DNA of 59,768 nucleotides from a virus (Duplodnaviria; Caudoviricetes): IMG/VR virus record IMGVR_UViG_3300020200_000031, positions 1 to 59,768 of that record; one strand, 5' to 3'. Shown piece by piece: positions 55,818 to 59,768 of this stretch (position 1 is its first letter; each line of letters starts with the position of its first letter). The notes under the pieces were generated by a model. It saw only the letters and a program-made list of their open reading frames with translations, ran no database searches and was not told where the DNA came from. The position numbers and the translations under genes were made by a program.

Positions 55818-57260
55818 ATGAGCGCAGATTTTCTTCCATACATAAATTTACGACCTTTGGACATTACCCCTGCCCAGATTTATTTGGATTCAATTGAGGT
55901 TGCCAGAACTGTATTTCCAAATTTTGATTTGCGGCCGGGGACAATTGAAGACGCAATGTTTCAAGCATTTGCCTACATGTCGGCATTAAATATTGGCGCA
56001 ATTAACAGGCTCCCCGACTCCCTGATGCTGGGAATTGGCAAAATGTTGGGCACCCCTTACGCCGATGGCACACGGGCGACGATGGATGTCCAATTTACGG
56101 CCAATTCCAACGATGGGGCAACAATTCCAATAGGAACAATGGTTGCCTATACGCCGATATCGGATACTGGCGAATTGAACGCTTCTTATGTTTTTGAAAC
56201 AAACGAAATTCATACAATTAATGCGAACAACCCCGGGGATGCCCTTCCAACTGGCACGGTTGCTTGCACGGTAAGGGATTTGGGTGTTATGCCCTCAATT
56301 CCTACGGGGACTATTTTAACCCTACTTTCATTTTCGCAAGAACTTTATTCTGCCACCTCTGCGGGCAATTTTGTTCAGGGACAGAACGCTGAAACAATCG
56401 ATGAATTTTTGATTCGCTCAACAGCAAACCTTGCATCAATGTCTTCGGCTCTAGCGACGGCGACCCAATTGAAAAATTACATTCTTGTTTCAAATCCGGC
56501 GCTGGTCAGCCGCTGTAAGGTTTATGACCTAACTGACCCAGATGGAGATTTGCTTCTGGCAGATGGAGATGTGGCTGGCAAGATTGCGGTTTTTGCATAT
56601 GGGCCAAAACGAAATCTTACAGATGCTGAAAAAACAACAATTAAAAACGACATACAGGACAAGAGTGTCGCTGGGTTGGAGATTGGAATCAAAAATCCTT
56701 TCTTGTTGAATTTTAGAATAGTTGCGACATTAAGTTATTATTCAAATCTCGATAGCACTACCGTATCGGAATTGGTAAAACAAAACCTTTTAACGAATTT
56801 TTCTCCTGAAACCTCACAAGCATCTGAAGAAAAATTACGTTACAACACCGTATTGAGAGCGATACATGCACTCCCATCTGTTTATAGTGTTGATTCTTTG
56901 GCAATTACTACTCAATATTCGGGGATGACAATAACCGGCGCCGCAAAATCAGGAAATAATGTCGTTTATACATCAAATAATCACTTGTTTTCGATTGGCG
57001 ACCTGGTGGCGGTAACTGCCATAACTCCAGGAACGCTGAACACGACGACTCCGACTGCCGTTATTGCAAGAACAGCAAATACGTTTACTTTGGTCAATGC
57101 TGGTGCTTCTGGTACTTATAACTCCGGGGGTACAAGTACGGGTTCTTCGCCATACTGGGGCAACGTTTCGGGTTCTGATATTGACTATTCTTATAAAGGA
57201 AGTTTGTTAAATCTACAACCAGAAAAAATTTCACTTACTCTTAATTCGATTGAATTCTAA
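55818..57260 (+). CDS. Baseplate J-like protein with inserted beta-domain
   Basis: TIPIGT, GQNAETIDEFL, AGKIAVF; insertion TITGAAK...NNHLFSIGDLV...NTFTL. Confidence 0.85.
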   Translation: MSADFLPYINLRPLDITPAQIYLDSIEVARTVFPNFDLRPGTIEDAMFQAFAYMSALNIGAINRLPDSLMLGIGKMLGTPYADGTRATMDVQFTANSNDGATIPIGTMVAYTPISDTGELNASYVFETNEIHTINANNPGDALPTGTVACTVRDLGVMPSIPTGTILTLLSFSQELYSATSAGNFVQGQNAETIDEFLIRSTANLASMSSALATATQLKNYILVSNPALVSRCKVYDLTDPDGDLLLADGDVAGKIAVFAYGPKRNLTDAEKTTIKNDIQDKSVAGLEIGIKNPFLLNFRIVATLSYYSNLDSTTVSELVKQNLLTNFSPETSQASEEKLRYNTVLRAIHALPSVYSVDSLAITTQYSGMTITGAAKSGNNVVYTSNNHLFSIGDLVAVTAITPGTLNTTTPTAVIARTANTFTLVNAGASGTYNSGGTSTGSSPYWGNVSGSDIDYSYKGSLLNLQPEKISLTLNSIEF

Positions 57261-57262
57261 TT

Positions 57263-58474
57263 GTGGATATCTTTAATCCCACTCGCAACGTGATTGTTGG
57301 CAACGATTCTCTACAAGCGCAAACGCTTGACGGTTTATTTTTAAATCCGGAAACATACACCCATAATTGGACTATTTCAAATGCAATCTTGACTGTCGAT
57401 TCGGCAGTAACAGTCCATCCACTTAATTATTCGTTCAAAATACAGCCATTGAATGAGGCTTCCACAATTTCAATTTCTTTAAATGGCATTATTCCTCCGG
57501 ATAACGACATCAATGGTAGCGAAGCGCAATTTCATTGTCAATTTTATTCACCACATGAATTGACTGTCGAAGCAAAAATTACGAATGTTGCTGCGAATAC
57601 TTTCAAAACAAATTCACAAAATCTTATTGCGGAAAAATGGGAAGCGGTTTTTACGCCAGTAATTTCTGTTGGATTAATAAATGTAAATGTAGACAATATT
57701 GAGTTTGATGTACGACTGGATATATCAAATCATGGCGGTCAAATATTTTACTTGTCGATGCCAATTTTGATGAATGAACTTGGTTTCACCAAAAATACTT
57801 TTGTTGCGAATTTGAGAAAATTCGTGCCGACATTCATATGGGATAAAGACAAAATTCAAGAATACCCAAATTATCCATTTGCTAAATTTTTACATGTGTT
57901 GACTTATTATGGCTCAGTATCGGCGCTTCTTTACACGAAGTTTTACGAATATCTGAACAATGAAATTTCTCTTCAAAATCAAAACGCGGCATTTCGGTTC
58001 AGTCAACTCACCAATCCGGAGTATATTGATTCGGAATACATCAATTGGTTAACACAATTTAATGGCACACCAATCTACAAAACCATTACCAGCGCAACAA
58101 GTACAGAAGTAATTAGTAATGTTGACGAATCGCTTACGTGGCAACTCATTAACGGCTATTTTGGAAGAAATGCTGGGACATTGTTTGCTATTAAAGAATG
58201 TGCTCAACAGGTGCTTACGGGCAATAAGGTTGTATACGTTTTTCCAGGCGGCAGTTTTTTTCAAATCAATATTTACACCTTATTGGCAGAAACTCCGGGT
58301 GTTTTAAATGCGGGTGATTCGTCGCCAGAAGTTCTTGCTTTGGTGGCAAAAACCAAGCCGATGGGTTTTGAACTAAATCATGCATCATATGCTGTTTTGC
58401 CACTTATTCTTGATGACTCAACCTACGGACTATTGGGCGGGCCTACCGCCCCATCAGCGCCAGGGCTTGGTTAA
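57263..58474 (+). CDS. Baseplate wedge (P2 gpI-like) protein with N-terminal beta-domain
   Basis: YINWLTQFNG, AGTLFAIKECAQQVLTG, KPMG; follows J-like gene. Confidence 0.7.
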   Translation: MDIFNPTRNVIVGNDSLQAQTLDGLFLNPETYTHNWTISNAILTVDSAVTVHPLNYSFKIQPLNEASTISISLNGIIPPDNDINGSEAQFHCQFYSPHELTVEAKITNVAANTFKTNSQNLIAEKWEAVFTPVISVGLINVNVDNIEFDVRLDISNHGGQIFYLSMPILMNELGFTKNTFVANLRKFVPTFIWDKDKIQEYPNYPFAKFLHVLTYYGSVSALLYTKFYEYLNNEISLQNQNAAFRFSQLTNPEYIDSEYINWLTQFNGTPIYKTITSATSTEVISNVDESLTWQLINGYFGRNAGTLFAIKECAQQVLTGNKVVYVFPGGSFFQINIYTLLAETPGVLNAGDSSPEVLALVAKTKPMGFELNHASYAVLPLILDDSTYGLLGGPTAPSAPGLG

Positions 58475-58508
58475 GTGGTAAACTTAGAATTCGAAAGTGG
58501 GAGGAAAA

Positions 58509-58724
58509 ATGAGTACAGCATTTATTAAGCAAATAGTTGAACAGGCAGTAAAAACTTTCATAACCGCATATCTCGGTGCATGGGTTGCTGCAGGCTCAAA
58601 TTTTGATGCACTAACCGATACAAATAACCTCAAAATTGGTGTTACCGCGGTAGCGGCGTCAATTGCAATGAGCATGGGCTTAAAGAAAGTTGGCTCAAAT
58701 AAGGACTCTGTTTCGGTGCTTTGA
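58509..58724 (+). CDS. Holin, r1t-like
   Basis: IVEQAVKTF motif, two TM helices, GGAGG RBS. Confidence 0.75.
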   Translation: MSTAFIKQIVEQAVKTFITAYLGAWVAAGSNFDALTDTNNLKIGVTAVAASIAMSMGLKKVGSNKDSVSVL

Positions 58725-58796
58725 CCCGAAACTGTCCTTATGGACAGGGGTTCCTAATCTACAATCTTTTAGGTCTTTGATTAGGAGAACACGTCT

Positions 58797-59192
58797 GTGA
58801 TTGCTGGGGTTTATAACATAATTATTGAACAAGGCTCCACCTTTTTCCGCCAACTTACCATCGAACAGCCGGACCTGGACGCCGACCCCACGGGGGAAAC
58901 TTTCATAAATTACAACCTGGCGGGCCATACCGCGCGGATGCATATAAGACGAACCGTAGAGAGTACAACGCCAATAATTACCCTAACAACGGAAAACGGC
59001 CGGATAGCAATAAACCCGTATGTCGCGGACACACCTACGAGAAACAACGAAATCTTTCTTACCGTTTCCGCCGCTGACACGGCTTTACTTGAAACAAGCG
59101 GTGTTTACGATTTAGAAATAGTCAGTTCGGGCGATGTGGTCTCTAAGGTAATACGTGGGGACGTCACCCTGATACCCGAAGTCACCAGATAA
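58797..59192 (+). CDS. Virion structural protein (Ig-like/BppU-like)
   Basis: IEQGSTF, YNLAGHTARMHIR, GVYDLEI, PEVTR. Confidence 0.7.
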   Translation: MIAGVYNIIIEQGSTFFRQLTIEQPDLDADPTGETFINYNLAGHTARMHIRRTVESTTPIITLTTENGRIAINPYVADTPTRNNEIFLTVSAADTALLETSGVYDLEIVSSGDVVSKVIRGDVTLIPEVTR

Positions 59193-59251
59193 GGGCAAAA
59201 CCAACCTGGCCGTCTTCCGTCGCCAAGATGGAGGAAATGTATAATTAGGGC

Positions 59252-59527
59252 ATGGTCGTGCCTAATCAAGTAATTGTAAATCAAGATGCTCCGAATTTAG
59301 TCAGGGTCAGGGCATCGTCGGGTTCGGCCAACACCAGACGCCACGAGCATACACAGTCAGTGGCGTCCACGAATTGGGTGATTAGCCATACTCTTGGCGG
59401 GAAACCATCGGTAACTATTGTCGATTCTGCAGATACGCACGTTGTCGGTGATGTAACATATAACAGCACGACTCAAATTACGGTTAGTTTTTCAGCGGCG
59501 TTTTCGGGTAAGGCTTATTTGACATAA
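59252..59527 (+). CDS. Small tail-fibre-associated protein
   Basis: HTQSVASTNWVISHTLGGKPSVTIVDS...FSGKAYL. Confidence 0.7.
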   Translation: MVVPNQVIVNQDAPNLVRVRASSGSANTRRHEHTQSVASTNWVISHTLGGKPSVTIVDSADTHVVGDVTYNSTTQITVSFSAAFSGKAYLT

Positions 59528-59536
59528 GGAAGTAAA

Positions 59537-59768
59537 ATGGCACAAAAGTTTCTCACAAATCTAAACCTCAACCAGAATGAACTTATTAATGCCACCTTCC
59601 AAAAGGTTGGGGCGGACCCGGGTTCCGCTTTTGAGGGTCAGTTAATTTACAACACGACCACCCGCACAATCAAGGTCTATGCGAATGGTGCGTGGCGCTC
59701 ACTACCGCACAGCATAGTTTCTGGTGGCGGCCTTGGCATTGCCGAGGCCCTAACGGTCTCCGAATCCA
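59537..59768 (+). CDS. Tail fibre protein, N-terminal part (truncated by window)
   Basis: Read manually: MAQKFLTNLNLNQNELINA...GQLIYNTT...VYANGAW; AGGA RBS. Confidence 0.7.
   Translation, partial: MAQKFLTNLNLNQNELINATFQKVGADPGSAFEGQLIYNTTTRTIKVYANGAWRSLPHSIVSGGGLGIAEALTVSES

Noticed and set aside
1-59768. tRNA, rRNA, integrase, transposase or DGR reverse transcriptase
   Set aside because: None recognised; intergenic gaps are short and show no cloverleaf or such motifs by eye.

Overview
This 59.8-kb window is part of a tailed dsDNA phage genome with a contractile (myovirus-type) tail; an actinobacterial host is inferred from gene style and extended -10 promoters. Two arms diverge from ~34.25 kb. 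The minus-strand arm is an HK97-type head module (portal, prohead protease, major capsid protein). The plus-strand arm carries terminase large subunit, Rad52/Sak, RecB-like and RuvC recombination genes, a ParB/PAPS-reductase/ParB cassette, neck, sheath, tube, a frameshifted chaperone, tape measure, baseplate, holin and tail-fibre genes. The standout feature is ~22.5 kb of genes inserted between protease and capsid, including 3209-, 1770-, 854- and ~687-aa multidomain proteins. They carry zincin peptidase, ART-like, DUF3626-like, ParB-like, KTSC, HipA/PI3K-like kinase, HTH and zeta-toxin-like domains. Three of these proteins, plus the long C-terminal extension of the protease, are punctuated by 18 copies of a peptide motif R-G-L-x-S-S-T. 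The motif is encoded with different codons each time and in the 3209-aa protein falls between the recognisable domains. These proteins also share N-terminal modules (DPxxRRDxDxDGxIFDGTWREM or RCPxG..FTD..C). This looks like a capsid-packaged, proteolytically processed polyprotein effector-delivery system. All family calls come from motif recognition by eye; no searches were run.
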